Of a stretch of 64,000 bases of DNA, positions 38,575 through 50,200 are shown in pieces; within the stretch, counting starts at the first letter, position 1; every line of letters starts with the position of its first letter. The stretch lies in the NCBI GenBank assembly GCA_046563655.1, contig JAJCTO010000010.1:248001-312000 (forward strand). Reading direction: 5' to 3'. A model generated the notes under the pieces. That model did no database searches and had not been told where the DNA came from. It saw nothing but the letters and a program-made list of their open reading frames with translations. The position numbers and the translations under genes are program-made. The stretch is from Yuukianura sp. NJ FZ-2021 (Eukaryota).

Positions 38575-39746
38575 TTAAAGTGTAGACTCTGCATCATTGA
38601 GTATTGGATTCAATTCCACGTCTCTTGATCCGCGCATGTGTGCCCATCGGTTTGCAAAATTTCTGCGATATCTGATTAGTAGGTATACCGCGAATATGAA
38701 GCAGATGCCCAGAGAACCTACGCAAGAAAAAATAAACCGGTTGTAAACCGCCCATAATGATAATAGCTCAGAAATTAGGGGTTGCCCCCCAGGGGTGGGG
38801 GTGTCCCCCCACTTTTCCGCTTCAAAGGGGGGGTGGGGGTGTGTTCCCCCCTCATTCCCGCCCTCCCCCGGTTAGTGGGGGTGGCTTCCCCCCACTTTTT
38901 TGCTCCGCACCCCAGGGGGCGTGGGGATGGGTTCCCCCTACTTTTTAGCTCCGCACCCCAGGAGGCGTTGGGGTGTGTTCCCCGGGGGAGAGGGAGTGTG
39001 TTCCCCGGTGGTGTGAGTGTGGGTCACCCGGGGTGTGTGACGGGGGGTCACCCGGGGTGTGTGACGGGGACTCACCCGGGGGTGACGGTGGATCACCCGG
39101 CGCTGTGGGGTGGGTTCCTTCCGCTTCCCAGCTAGCAGGACGTTAATATGAAGAAAAAGTTGACCTTTGACCCGGAAGCAGGTCACTTGGGGTCATGTGA
39201 TCTACACAAAAGTTGTTGGTGTCAATGAGATGAACAACTTTTGTAGAGGTCATTTTCCGGGTTACCGGAGATGAAACCGGTTGACCTTGACCTTTGACCC
39301 GGAAGGAGTTGACACACGGGGGTCATATTCAATAGTGAATAGGTCCGGGTCATGAGATGGTCACTGGTGAAAACCCGGTTGAAATTGGTCCAATAGTTCC
39401 GGAGAAAATCGTTCTAATGTTTTCCGGGACAGACGGACGGACGGACAGACAAACCACTTTTATAATAATAGCTTCGCTATTATAATAATTTAAGAATTCA
39501 ACATTCTCCATTTGACAGTAGTATTTTTTGACCTACCGATTATTAAAGTAATACCCAGGTTTGAGGTCTTCGCACTGGGGCCTGGAGCAGGAGGAGAGTC
39601 TTCCGAGTCCATTGGTCCAACCACAAGTTCGACTACGCCCTTGGCCTCAGTGTCAAGGTCAGCCACGCACCCCTGGGTTTCATTGCTTACGTAATATGTG
39701 CATCCATTTCCGGAGCATTCGACGCAGTTGTGAAACTTGGAACAAC
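38575..39746 (-). CDS. Small type-I membrane protein with a Cys-rich (PSI-like) ectodomain; exons 39746-39537 and 38717-38575; first exon not located
   Basis: ATCG|GTAGGT donor at 39536 and TTCTTGCGTAG acceptor at 38718 give in-frame SNLGITLIIGSLGICFIFAVYLLIRYRR (TM helix plus basic stop-transfer). The ectodomain reads CSKFHNCVECSGNGCTYY...C. Confidence 0.7.
38728..39489 (-). mobile_element. Non-autonomous Helentron-associated element (HINE, DINE-1-like), about 760 bp, inside an intron
   Basis: Minus-strand 5' end TTATTATAATAGC-GAA-GCTATTAT stem-loop followed by a GTCT/GTCC microsatellite. Matching sub-TIR ATAATGATAATAGC at ~38755, 3' palindrome CGGTT-GTA-AACCG and T-run. TGACCTTGACCTTTGACC motif and internal GC-rich 24-bp repeats at 39021-39100. 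Confidence 0.75.
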
Positions 39747-40026
39747 CTAAACAGAACAGAACACGTAAGACTTTAATAACCCTTTTAAACAATTGATGAT
39801 TTTATTGTGGTGCTTAATCATTTCGTTTGTGAATTGAGGCGAGAGCAAAATGCAGACTGAGTGAATTTTAATTAGTCTGGTCTGATCGACTTTTCAGAAT
39901 GAGTCATTGACGCTTGGTTGCTTTTTGCTCCGTTTCATATCGTTTCATATCACTCCAGTCATACAAAGCATTGAAATTTCACATTTTATTTTAACTTGCT
40001 CTTTCACTTGTGAAACTAATATTAAC

Positions 40027-40473
40027 CTATTCTTCGGAAAAGGGGTTGCAATTTAGGCGTGCATTCAAATATTCTCCCGCCGCTTCATAGTCCAAGTTGT
40101 CTTCGAGCCATTCATTTATCGCCAAGTTCATTTCGTCTTCTCCACCTGGATGACTAGGCGTTTGGAGTAACATGGGGGGAGATGAATCTGCCAGCACACT
40201 CAGTGTTTCCAATGGAATGTCGTCGATCAATTCCATTAGGAGCTCATGCGGTAGTACCGGTGGAGCGGAAGCTGCTTCCTGCAGAAGCCTCAATACCACA
40301 TCGTAGTCTGGGTCTTCTGCCACGGGGAGATGAGCATCCATCCTTTCCATTTCCTTTAGCAACGCATCAATTTCGTCCATTTCGTTGTCTGCTGCAACCA
40401 TGGTGGAACTTGGCTGAAATTCTTCATCGGAAATGTCACTAAAGGCTGGAGATGGTGCTGGTGTAGCAGGCAT
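40027..40473 (-). CDS. Acidic low-complexity hypothetical protein; the frame extends upstream to ~40560
   Basis: Open 148-aa Asp/Glu-rich ORF, co-oriented with its neighbours. Confidence 0.5.
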   Translation of the reverse strand: MPATPAPSPAFSDISDEEFQPSSTMVAADNEMDEIDALLKEMERMDAHLPVAEDPDYDVVLRLLQEAASAPPVLPHELLMELIDDIPLETLSVLADSSPPMLLQTPSHPGGEDEMNLAINEWLEDNLDYEAAGEYLNARLNCNPFSEE

Positions 40474-40627
40474 TTCGTCTTCGGAAGAATCTGAAATCTC
40501 ATCAAGGTGGAGAGACTTCCCTGCACATCTTCTTAGTCCGGAAGGTGGAGCAACTGCCCAAATTGAAAAAAAAAATTAACATTAAGCTCAAAATTTGGTA
40601 GAAAATTCAATTTTCAATTCTGTATTG

Positions 40628-41047
40628 TTATAAACCTGCCAAGCGACCAATCAGGTTCCATGTTGTAGCCCGCCAAATCTGAACCTCCGCCGTTTCCATG
40701 ATATTCATGAAGAATCCTTGCAATCGTTGGTCGGGAACTACAAGGCCTGGACCCCCAAACACTCGGCGGTAACTAAAAACTTGGACTGGGAGTTGAAGCT
40801 GTTTAAATATTCTTTTGGACTCCTTGTCAATACATACAAGTATTTTTGCTTCTGCAAACAATGGTCGAACAATACCCGAGTGAGGAAGTCCAAGAATCTC
40901 CGAAAAACAAAACGAAAGAGCGTGACGTTCTTTACATACAGTCGTGTGGTCAAAAATGAAAGCTTTTTTTTCAATTAAGTTTCCAATTATTAGCTTAATC
41001 AAGTGTCCGGCCTCACTAGCGCGAGCGTAGGATAAGAGAATTGACAT
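40628..41047 (-). CDS. Hypothetical protein
   Basis: TATAAAA on the minus strand at ~41096-41102 and a CAAAATG start context. Open frame, no motif recognised with confidence. Confidence 0.45.
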   Translation of the reverse strand: MSILLSYARASEAGHLIKLIIGNLIEKKAFIFDHTTVCKERHALSFCFSEILGLPHSGIVRPLFAEAKILVCIDKESKRIFKQLQLPVQVFSYRRVFGGPGLVVPDQRLQGFFMNIMETAEVQIWRATTWNLIGRLAGL

Positions 41048-43865
41048 TTTGAAAGTGTCAGTTGAAAGTGACAGTTGAAATTTGGCGCGCGTCACTTTTA
41101 TACACCGCGCTGCTCTGTAACATGGATTCAACGGTCGAAACTTGCGGTTCCATTTAATTTAAGCTAGTTTAATCTAATTTTTCCTCTTCTTCCATTTTTT
41201 CTTGTTTTGGTGTTACGGCCAACCGAAAGTCGCCAAATGAAAAACTGAATGTGTTGTCTACAAAATGTCGCTTGATGTCAAATGCACCGATTCCGCGACG
41301 ATTCAGGATGGTGGTAACCATTTGATCATTTTCAAATTTTACCAACGGCACTTGAATCTGTGCTTGCTTTTCAAAGTTCAAAATGTAGCTTCGAAAGGTT
41401 TCGTGCTTTACATTTTCCTTGGCCCAATCCCGTCCAATTCCTCCGCATTTCAAAATTTCCTTTTCGTTTGACTCTGGATAGTTTAAGATCGAATACTGAT
41501 TAGGACTCGTTGCGCATACTTCGCAGATTCCGTCCGTCACGATTTTCAAAACTCCCGCTCTTCCCCTGTTGGAGTCATCGTAGAGCTGATGATGCTTTGG
41601 TAAATTTGAAACGTCAAAAATGTGTTTTAGGCTCCTTAGTTTTCGTAAATATGTCCGGTCAGGGTCGACGACTTTAACTAGGAGAGAGTCAGTGTTGTTT
41701 AAAATATTTTTGACGTCGCCAAACGTTGGCAAAATGTAATTGTAGTAGTAGTAGAGCATAGTTTTTGCATTGCTCATAATCACAAGTGACAGAATACACA
41801 AATTCCTGGTAGGGACCTTGGTTTTCTTCATGTGAAATAGCATGACGTCATTGTTGTAAATTTCAAAACTTTGAAACTTGTCTGATGCAAGCAGCCTTTG
41901 GGCGATAGTTCTAGTTTCACAAAACTTCTTTTGTGAGTAGTGTGTTGGGTCCAGCATCTACCTCCCATTTAAAGTTACTGACATTAGTTTGGCCAGCTGT
42001 CGCTCCGTCTCTGTAGGAGCATTTTTCTTTTTTTCGAAAATTCTTCCCATGTAATTTTGAAACAATCGCCGCTCTTGAAACTTGATCCCCCTGTGGACAG
42101 CCGTTAGCCGAATTCCGATGCGGAGACAAAATGCCAGCATTTTATAATACAGAACGATGCGCTTTTTGGGAAGCAACGTCAGTAGAAGAATTCGTGGCGT
42201 AGGTTTTTTTTTTGTTTCTGAGCAAAATTCCTGCTGGGCAGTCGATAATATGTTGTATTCCACAATTTTCTTCTCGGGAGGTAGAGGAAATTGACCTAGC
42301 TTTTCGAGAAGCTCATTGGGCACCACTAAGTCAAATTCAAACAAAAATCCAACCTCCGTGTCTCATTTTTGATGGACATAGGCGAATTCTCGCAGCTCGT
42401 CACCAGTCATAAACTCATATCCCCCGCATGGTAGCATTCCTTGCGACCAATAGGCGTAGCATGACGTAATGTCTACCAAATAGGTGCTCTGACCTCTCTT
42501 CTCTGGGGTCAAAGTGCTGCTCCCCAAACCTGTCTGTGTTTGAAACTGAATGTCGAGTTGTGAGGTTAAAGAGACCAGCAATTAGCCCGCGATCCACAAT
42601 TTCTGTCATTTCCGGATTTGTAATTAGCTCAACTTGGGCTCTTTCTGTAAAAAAGCAGCTTTCGAGGACAAACGAGTTGCAACTCCAAGTCGTTGCAATG
42701 TCGAGTCCGTATTCTTTAAACCTGATTGAGCGCTGATTTTCAAAAGCTTCAGCTTCGAGGAGACATTCGACACTCGTTAAAAATTCCAAATAACTTGGAA
42801 ATGCTTCCGGTCATTCTGAGAACAATTAGAGATTCCACCGACTTTTCGTTGAGCATGCGCCAAAATTCCTTATCTTCCAATTCTGCATCTGCTTCTAATG
42901 CTTTTTCGTACTCACTCACTGATTTGAACTTTGGCACTTTGAGTTTAAAGTTCAAAATCCACTTTTTTTCAATCAGTGGAAAGTTTTCATCCAAAAAATT
43001 TGTTAAAATTTGAAACTGACACTTTGAAACTAGCAATTCGGTGACTAATCCCTCGATGCAAACGTCCGGTCGATAATTTTTCAACTGTGATATTCGTAGT
43101 GAGTTGCTATAAACGAGACCAATCGTGGTCCCGTCTTTGAGGGCAATTGGTTCAAGAAAATGGCGACTAGATTTGGTAGCCAAAAGCTTGAGTTCATTTT
43201 GAACTCCAAAGCACATGGACAGCAGATCGAGCTTGTATTTGATGTTCAGATTTTCCTTGGAATGAATCGACCCGAGGTAACTTCCGTCCATGTGGTTATG
43301 GTGACAAACCTTGACATTTTCCGGAGTAAATTGACCTTGAAACAAAAAACGTGAGAATAAATTGAGAACAAATTTTGTCAAACCCATGGGACAGTTATTA
43401 CCTCCGCACAAATCGCAAACTTGTACAGAAATGTGCCTGTGGATCTGAGCGGCAGTCATTTTCACTGGAACGTTTCTGTTGGCCAAGATGTGAATGGCTC
43501 GATTTGAAGCTTCTAAAGCAGTGTTTATTAGAACTTGCATGCAATCGAGTCCACGGTGAGCCTGACGAAAAACTATCCCTTCTTGACCTAGTAGAACCAT
43601 GACAACAGCGATAGGTATGGCGACAATTGAGCCACCATCTCTCGCCTCTTGTACATAGTCAAACTTGAAATAAAAAATGTATGGAATCTTCAAAAGCATG
43701 TGAAGCTTGTTAAACTCGAAAATGTTGGTTTTGGGTTCGTGCGTCATTGTTTCGCCACAGACGTGATGCTTAATCCGTTTTCTTTTTGTGCGGAAGCTCT
43801 TGAGACACTTGTGACAAAAGTCACTCTTGCTTGCATGGTGTTTCCCCAGAAATCGTGATAAGTCT

Positions 43866-45412
43866 TGTGAGACTGCAAAATAGCGTCATGTCGTTAAGAA
43901 AGGGAGAAGCGCGCGCCCTCTATTGGTACTGTAGGGACAACTCTTCCACTTTTCATCTTTTCACTTTCAAGTCAAAAGGCAAAAAGAAACACAAACTCAA
44001 CCACAACTAATTAATTCAATTTTAACCCCTGTTAGGGACTCCGTATCGTTTCAAAACCAGTACTAATCAACTCCTAAGAGAAAGTTGATTGTATGTATGT
44101 TTTTCAGGAGGGGACTACGCCGAGGCTTAGCCCGCACCGATGAGGCGCACTTAGACGGGCCTATTTCAGTAACTCCATTAGGGACATACTGTTAGAGTTC
44201 GGGCTGCCTTTAACCGGTTATCATTTCTTTCACTGGGTATTCAGCAGTCTGAGAGGGGAAGGATACACACAAACTCCTCCACCTCGAGCTTCTGGCTTTT
44301 CGTATTTAAATTATCTTATTTCTCATAAGACAGACGAATTGCCTCCGCTCATCAACATATTATAATCTTGCGAGGGACTGCTGCCTTGCATACTATTACT
44401 TGACGCGGCAGGACGACGGATCGAATCCATCTCCCTGCGTTGACTTTTTCATAGGCTTAGCATACAATCTCAGGTAGACAGTGGAAAAGGATGGGAGCCT
44501 TAACCACTGAGCTACTCGCCCGCCCTTAAAGAGAAAGTTGATTAGTACTGGGGTAATTAGTATCAGCTGCTATTTTCCTTCATTGTTTTAAATTGTAAAA
44601 GGAGTGCATGGATGAGGCTGCCTTTTACATGGAAAAGGGTAGCAGGGGCCCCTCTTCCATACACTCGGGACCGAGTCATGCTGTCGGATCAAGTAGACGT
44701 CACAGGTACGGTAGACGTGGTGAGATAACTCGCCTGCTACCACAGGTGGTTCGAATCTCTTTCGGTTTTCCGGAGATTCTTGGTAGGGTTCGGCGTTTCG
44801 TTTCATTCCGTTTTCGTTTACCGTTTCGTTTTCGTTTCATTTACCGTTTCAATTAGCTGGTTTTCAATTAGAGATTCACGTTTGGTTTCAATTAGAGTTT
44901 TTCTCATTTGGTTTTTCTCATTGGTTTCACATTAACTTAACGATTTGAGCGCGGTAAAGCGGCGCGGCGCGGTTTTCTCTTTTGGTTGTTTGGTTTGAAC
45001 TCACAACATCTCAGTCTCATGTCACGGGGTTGGTGACCCCTAAAATTGCTGTGTACCGCGGCATTTGAGTTATTGGTAGTTAGTACTGGTTGGTTCGTGT
45101 GGAGTTGGTTTGGTGCGGCACTGGGGTGCGGGAATCTGGATTTTCGGGCTGGAGTACTCGAGATCAAAAACGGGCTGGAGTAGCTGATCAACTGAGGCCA
45201 ATTTCTTTCTACTACTACCAGAGGTAAAAAGGGGGTCAAGTCGTGACCTTGAGTGACCGGTCGGCCCTTGGAAGGGAAGAAACCCCCTTCTAAGGTGAAA
45301 CTGCTAAGGGCCCGGGAAAAACGTAAGGATAGGAACGGAAAGGTTGGGTTCACAAATTACAGCGGAAGAGAAGTCCCTTAATTTAACCACTACGTAAATT
45401 CCTTATCTTACA
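43866..45412. mobile_element. Solo LTR (Gypsy-type, 4-bp TSD) inserted in PolB2; contains a SINE
   Basis: Termini TGTGAGA...TCTTACA with TSD GTCT at 43862-43865 and 45413-45416. Precise removal restores ITD-LSRFL in PolB2. Confidence 0.8.
44091..44528 (-). mobile_element. tRNA-derived SINE
   Basis: A box TAGCTCAGTGG, B-box-like GATTCGATCC, (ATAC)n tail, 15-bp TSD AAGAGAAAGTTGATT at 44076-44090 and 44529-44543. Confidence 0.85.
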
Positions 45413-46446
45413 GTCTGTGATGCACACAAAGTGTGACTTGCCTTCATTTTCAATTTGAAGCAAGTTGACATGATGTCTCTTCGTCTCTGTTGTTGCTCGT
45501 GACAGGCTGACCTCTGACCCTTCGACTCGGAAGAGGTTCAGGGAAATTTCCGGGTTATTTTGTTCAAAAGTGTCAAAATCCAAAACTGAAACTCCGCCTT
45601 CCTTGTCGATGCCTTCAAAATTTAGAGCTCCAAGGCACGGCACATATGAGCCTTCCTTGATTAACTTTTTTTGACGAAATTTCCCAGACCGCTTTGGTCC
45701 TTCAGCCCCACGAGACCTTCTTTTTAATGTTGACCAAGCCGTGTCTCCTCTGTAGAAATGGGGGGAGGGGTATGTATCCCTTTCCCCTCAAAGGCTTGTA
45801 CTCTCCAATGTGCACTTGAACCTCTTTGATGGCTTCAATTCTCCATTCTGAGCCACGCACGAGATACAAGTTGAGACTTTCAATAACATAGGCAGTGTTT
45901 TGTAAAATTGATCGCTGAATGTAGTTGGCATGAGTAACTGTAGTAAACGGGGAAGAAACTGGAGAATCGGGATGTCGAATGTCCGAATGACCGAATCTCA
46001 ATCATGTAACAAAGCAGCTTTAGTGCAAATCTGAGACCCTTGTAGCTTGACCCTTGAAGCGACGCACAACTACATTCGTGCGTCGCTTCATAGTGCACGT
46101 CTAGCCAGTAGTATGTACGACATTTGTACTCGCACTTGGAAGCTCCTTGTGAAAAACCACAACTAAATACCGAATGTCGCTTGTTGCCATTTTTCAGTTG
46201 AAAAGGGCCAAACTCAAGCGGCACTGATTGCGACTCGACCTTTTTAAAGATGTTGCTCTGACCAAGGCCAAACGACTACTGACATGCAAGGTGCACCTGG
46301 TCCAGCTATATAGGTCGAAACCGACTAAAAACAATTTTGAAGGCCGAAATTTATCTTCTTTTTTTTTTATTTTATTTTTAAATTTTGCCAGGAAATATAC
46401 TTCATAGTAAGCCGACTTATTCTAAGGGAAATTAATGTACAATGGG

Positions 46447-46854
46447 CTATGGTTGCGAAGAGGTTCGGAAGAGGTAGGCTTTCAGATTGTCGCACTTGAT
46501 TTTGGCTCCAATGTAAAAGGCCACACCGTAAATGACTGCGCCTGTGGAAACAAAACAAATTAAAAATTAAAAAATAAAAATTTGCGAAAATTGTTGGAGA
46601 AAATATTTTTAATTTACCCACGACTAAAGCAAGCGAGTGCATTCCTTGAGGGTTCTAGAAGCTGAAAGTAATACTTGCCCAGGCTGAAATCGATGTGCGT
46701 CTGATGCACAAAACTGTTGCTCAGCAAAAAGAGTCCAGGCTTGAACAAATGTAGATTGTGTATTTACACAACTTTCGCAGCGAACCTTGAGCGAAGGGGG
46801 TACTGCACATGCGCAAACCAGAAGGCTTGAGACAATAAGCTCCAAGAGTGCCAT
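46447..46854 (-). pseudogene. Second small membrane protein (signal peptide, CxxC, TM); intron 46542-46617; needs one frameshift
   Basis: Signal-like start MALLELIVSSLLVCACA, then CESCV. The spliced 3' part reads ALVVGAVIYGVAFYIGAKIK. Confidence 0.4.
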
Positions 46855-46913
46855 GGTGACGTGTGCTTGGTTCGACTGCTAAACTTGAACTGCAGACTAT
46901 TCCCGCCGTCACC

Positions 46914-47603
46914 TTACTTTTCTACGTCTACTGTGACCATGTGCTGGTTATGTGCCGCGATAACTGCAGTTGCAGTTTTGATCTTTGCATTCGTTTCTGG
47001 ATCTTCCAGCCCGACTTGCATTTCTTTCGGGAACGTAAAAATGAGGTTATAATTTTTGATGCAATAGATGAAATCTCCATGTTTTCCCACGAGCGCATGT
47101 GGTTCATATCTTGTCGGATACACGAGTGGCATCCTGTGTAGATTATTGTAGTCGGCGAGTTCCGTCGTGTCAAATATTCCTATGTCTCGATAGCTTGGGT
47201 AACCAAGGTGGCGTTTTAAAACTTCATACATCAACAACCCGGAAGCCAAAATTATGGCCTTTTCAACTCCAATTCCATATGGCGCCAACGCAGTAAACAA
47301 GATGCGCTTGTATTCGCTTTGGTAATATACCAAAATCGGAGTAGTTCCTCCGATCCACTGGGTCTCGAGATTGCACAAACCAATTGCCTGGTCCTTTTGA
47401 ATGTACCGCCTGGTGGATCTCTTGAATTTCTTTCTCATGACATATTCGACGATAATGGAGCTCATGGAGATATGAAGGCGCGAAAACTGGGATCTTCTAT
47501 TCTCTGGCCTTGGTTCATGCTGCCTGAAAGGACGAAAATGAACTCTTCCTCCAATGACTGAGCACGGCGTGTATTTTTTTGAAAATTCGAGTTCAAGCTT
47601 CAC
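46914..47603 (-). CDS. Hypothetical protein
   Basis: 229-aa open frame, co-oriented with the cluster. No motif recognised. Confidence 0.45.
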   Translation of the reverse strand: MKLELEFSKKYTPCSVIGGRVHFRPFRQHEPRPENRRSQFSRLHISMSSIIVEYVMRKKFKRSTRRYIQKDQAIGLCNLETQWIGGTTPILVYYQSEYKRILFTALAPYGIGVEKAIILASGLLMYEVLKRHLGYPSYRDIGIFDTTELADYNNLHRMPLVYPTRYEPHALVGKHGDFIYCIKNYNLIFTFPKEMQVGLEDPETNAKIKTATAVIAAHNQHMVTVDVEK

Positions 47604-48065
47604 ATCAGCTTCCGGATCTCCGACACAGCCGATACATGGGCAAATGTTCTTTTCCTTAGAGACCTGGATCCTTCAACTGATTTTGACATTCTGCAATCTT
47701 GACTTTTAATTGCTCAACTCCAGTTAGCGGCTCAATGTGAGTAGTTTGTATTGGTAGTGCTAATGGCGCCAACTCCACAGTATCCTCTACCAATACTTTT
47801 TGGCAGCCGCAGCCCTTACTTCCTTGCTGGGCTCCTCCCTGGAACAAACTGCTTCCGCAGCAGATTCCATTTTAAAACTAAAGAGAAAGTAGCAAGGGAA
47901 TTTGTATTTTATATCATCTCGGAAAAACTAAGTCTTAGTAGTATATCCTGTACAAACTCGTAACCACATTTTTTATAATTGAATCAATTAAAATTTGGAC
48001 CAAATTAATCAAATGTCGTTTTGACAAAAGGTTAGAGCTAATTGCAACTGCATTGTCGCCAAAAA

Positions 48066-49528
48066 CTAATTAATGCTGTTCACTGCCACCGTCCAATTTG
48101 GAGATCGAATGACTTCCTTGTAGTAATTTTCTTCCTCTGCCTGCCACGCTCTCAAGTGGGAAAACCGAGACCCGTTGACCACATCTACTCGAAAGGGTGT
48201 CGAAAAGACCAAATCCTTTAAGCTCTTCACTCTTGAGCATGCAGTGTAAATTAGCATCGGCGAGAGTCGAAAGAATAGACTGTCACGAGACGGAGCTCTC
48301 GGGATGGAGACGACAACCAGTATGGAAATGCCAAAGCATCATCACATTAAAGTTTTCAAGACGATAGGCTTACTTTGTTTCGAGTGAGGCCTTGACTTTT
48401 GTGAACCGAGACGGCAAACGCCAATTGTAGGGGCAGTTGAGTTCTTGTAAAAGTAATCTTTTCCACCGGATCGGTCACTGGATATTGGATAGGGACAATT
48501 GGAATTTCGTTTAATTTTCCAGAATAATGAAAATGAGGTCCATAATAGCTTGATCATGACAAACAATGGAAATCCACTTGCGTCCCTCTCGTTTGAAATT
48601 TGTGTCACCGTAGCTATTGCTCCATTGTATAATCCAGCCTAAAACATAATTTTGTAAATCGTTGCACGACCCCACACTTGTTTGAAGTTCTCACCTCGAC
48701 CCAGAGGTTCCGTGTAATTGTGACCTTGGCCCCCACCGCTAGCCTGAGCACATGCTCTTTGGAGGATTTAGGATTTTTCGACTTGATGTCTACAATTTCG
48801 GTTCCGAGCTTTTCCAGTCTAAACGCATTGTAGTGGTCTACAAACTTTCTTCCCGCAAACAAAATTGTAGCATCTGCAAAATCTTCTAGCTCTTCTTCGC
48901 TCAATTGTGATGCACATCGACCAGAAAGCAACTGGACATCTTCATTATTGATTTGTCCGACACGCATTCGTAGCAACAATTGGCGAAAAGTCTGCTCTTC
49001 GGGGTCACGCTGGCGCATATTCTGTTGTAAGAAAAAGAGGCGCGAAAAGGATGCATAAGCCGCGGCACCAGCCACTTCAAAACGATTATTTGGATCCGAC
49101 TTTGGATAAATTGGTTTTTCTGCAACCGGTGGCAGCTAAATCAAAAATTATAAAAACTAAAATTTCGACTGTTACAGAACTGAGAAGGAAAAATTACTTG
49201 GGCGCAGTCTCCAAACATTACGATGCTTTTTCCTCCAAAGGGTTCCGTATTTTGGAAAATTGCAGAAAGCCTCAAGCTGACAAATCCCAATAGCTGAAGA
49301 CCTATGAGACTCGATTCGTCGAAAATTAGCCAATCGTTTTTATGCAATTGGCGCCCAACACTTTGCCCAAATTTTCCAGGCTGAGATTTTAAAAAGTTGA
49401 GGCATAAAAATAAGCCCTTGTGGAACGTTTTTCCTCCTAAGTAGACGCAAAGACAAACTTCAATCACAAAATTAGGATAAAATTGAATTCAACTTACCAA
49501 TCAAATGTGCAGAACTCCCCGTAAAACT
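48066..49528 (-). pseudogene. PIF1-family (SF1B) DNA helicase, 5'-truncated, four introns
   Basis: Spliced product: SFTGSSAHLIG|GKTFH, IFDESSL, PFGGKSIVMFGDCAQ|LPPV, QNMRQ, RNLWVE|AGLYNG, QLPLQLAFAVSVHKSQG, NK|VVV, YTACSRV. Introns are 49437-49497, 49136-49197, 48639-48694 and 48318-48373 (last acceptor reads TG). Confidence 0.9.
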
Positions 49529-50200
49529 AATTCCAGTTTTGATGAAGCTTGGGATCTGGTTGTAAAAAGGTACAGTAATCTGAGAGAAATTGTTTTTGCT
49601 CACATGCGGACGTTTTTCGATTTGCATCCAGTCCAAGATTCAGCCACAGGATTACGTCAACTGTGTGATGTAATTAACGAATGCGTTCGTTCATTGAAAA
49701 ATCTCAAAGTTCCAGTGGAACATTGGGATCTAGTTTTCATCTTCGCCGCTTTCCAAAAAATGGATCCAATGTCCAGGAAGGAGTGGCTTCTCGTGCAAGG
49801 AAGTGATCTTCCTAAACTCCCCAAGTTCCTGGAATTTTTTGAAACAAGAGCCACCGCCCTTGCCGACTCTCATTCCAAAAAACCGTGTCAGAAGCCAAAA
49901 TCCGAGTCAAAATCTGCGAATGTTTCAACTGGAGTTAAACCCACCTCTCCATCCAGCTCAAATGCTGAACCAACTGCTTCCGGCTCTTCAACAAAATGCG
50001 ATCTCTGTGGCGAGTCACATTTTCTTTTTCAGTGCTCCGCATTTAAAAAGTTAAATGTCAAAGACCGACTTGACTTTGTACGCCAGTCTCGTCGGTGTTT
50101 CAACTGCTTCCGGAAGTCGTGTTCTTCAAAGTGTGACAGAGAGAAGTGTAAAAAATGCTCTAAGCCCCACCACACACTTTTACACTTCGAGCAGAAACAA

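Larger units (their letters stand above)
41169..46300 (-). pseudogene. Divergent protein-primed PolB 2 with an intron (43336-43401), a solo-LTR insertion and frameshifts; start approximate
   Basis: RGSEW...YKPLRGKGYIPLPPFL...LVNIK; FEQNNPEISLNLF...HVNLLQI...HFVCITDLSRFL; degenerate Endo VII-like CDLCG...HNHMDG; LVDITSCY (motif A); KLMSVTLNG (motif B); NNTDSL (motif C); KCGGI; FDIKR. Confidence 0.85.

Noticed and set aside
38780..39130. GC-rich repeats as a Polinton TIR, and the ORFs over them
   Set aside because: They lie inside the HINE and have no inverted partner at 22.3 kb or 60.8 kb. The ORFs are low-complexity artefacts.
22315..39490. Giant Helentron carrying module 1 as cargo
   Set aside because: The Helentron-type 5' end at ~39489 has its matching sub-TIR and 3' palindrome at ~38730-38768, so it is a self-contained ~760-bp HINE.
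43873..45411. Ancestral 1.5-kb intron of PolB2
   Set aside because: TG...CA termini, a 4-bp TSD and exact restoration of ITDLSRFL show it is a solo LTR. Its splice potential is reported separately.
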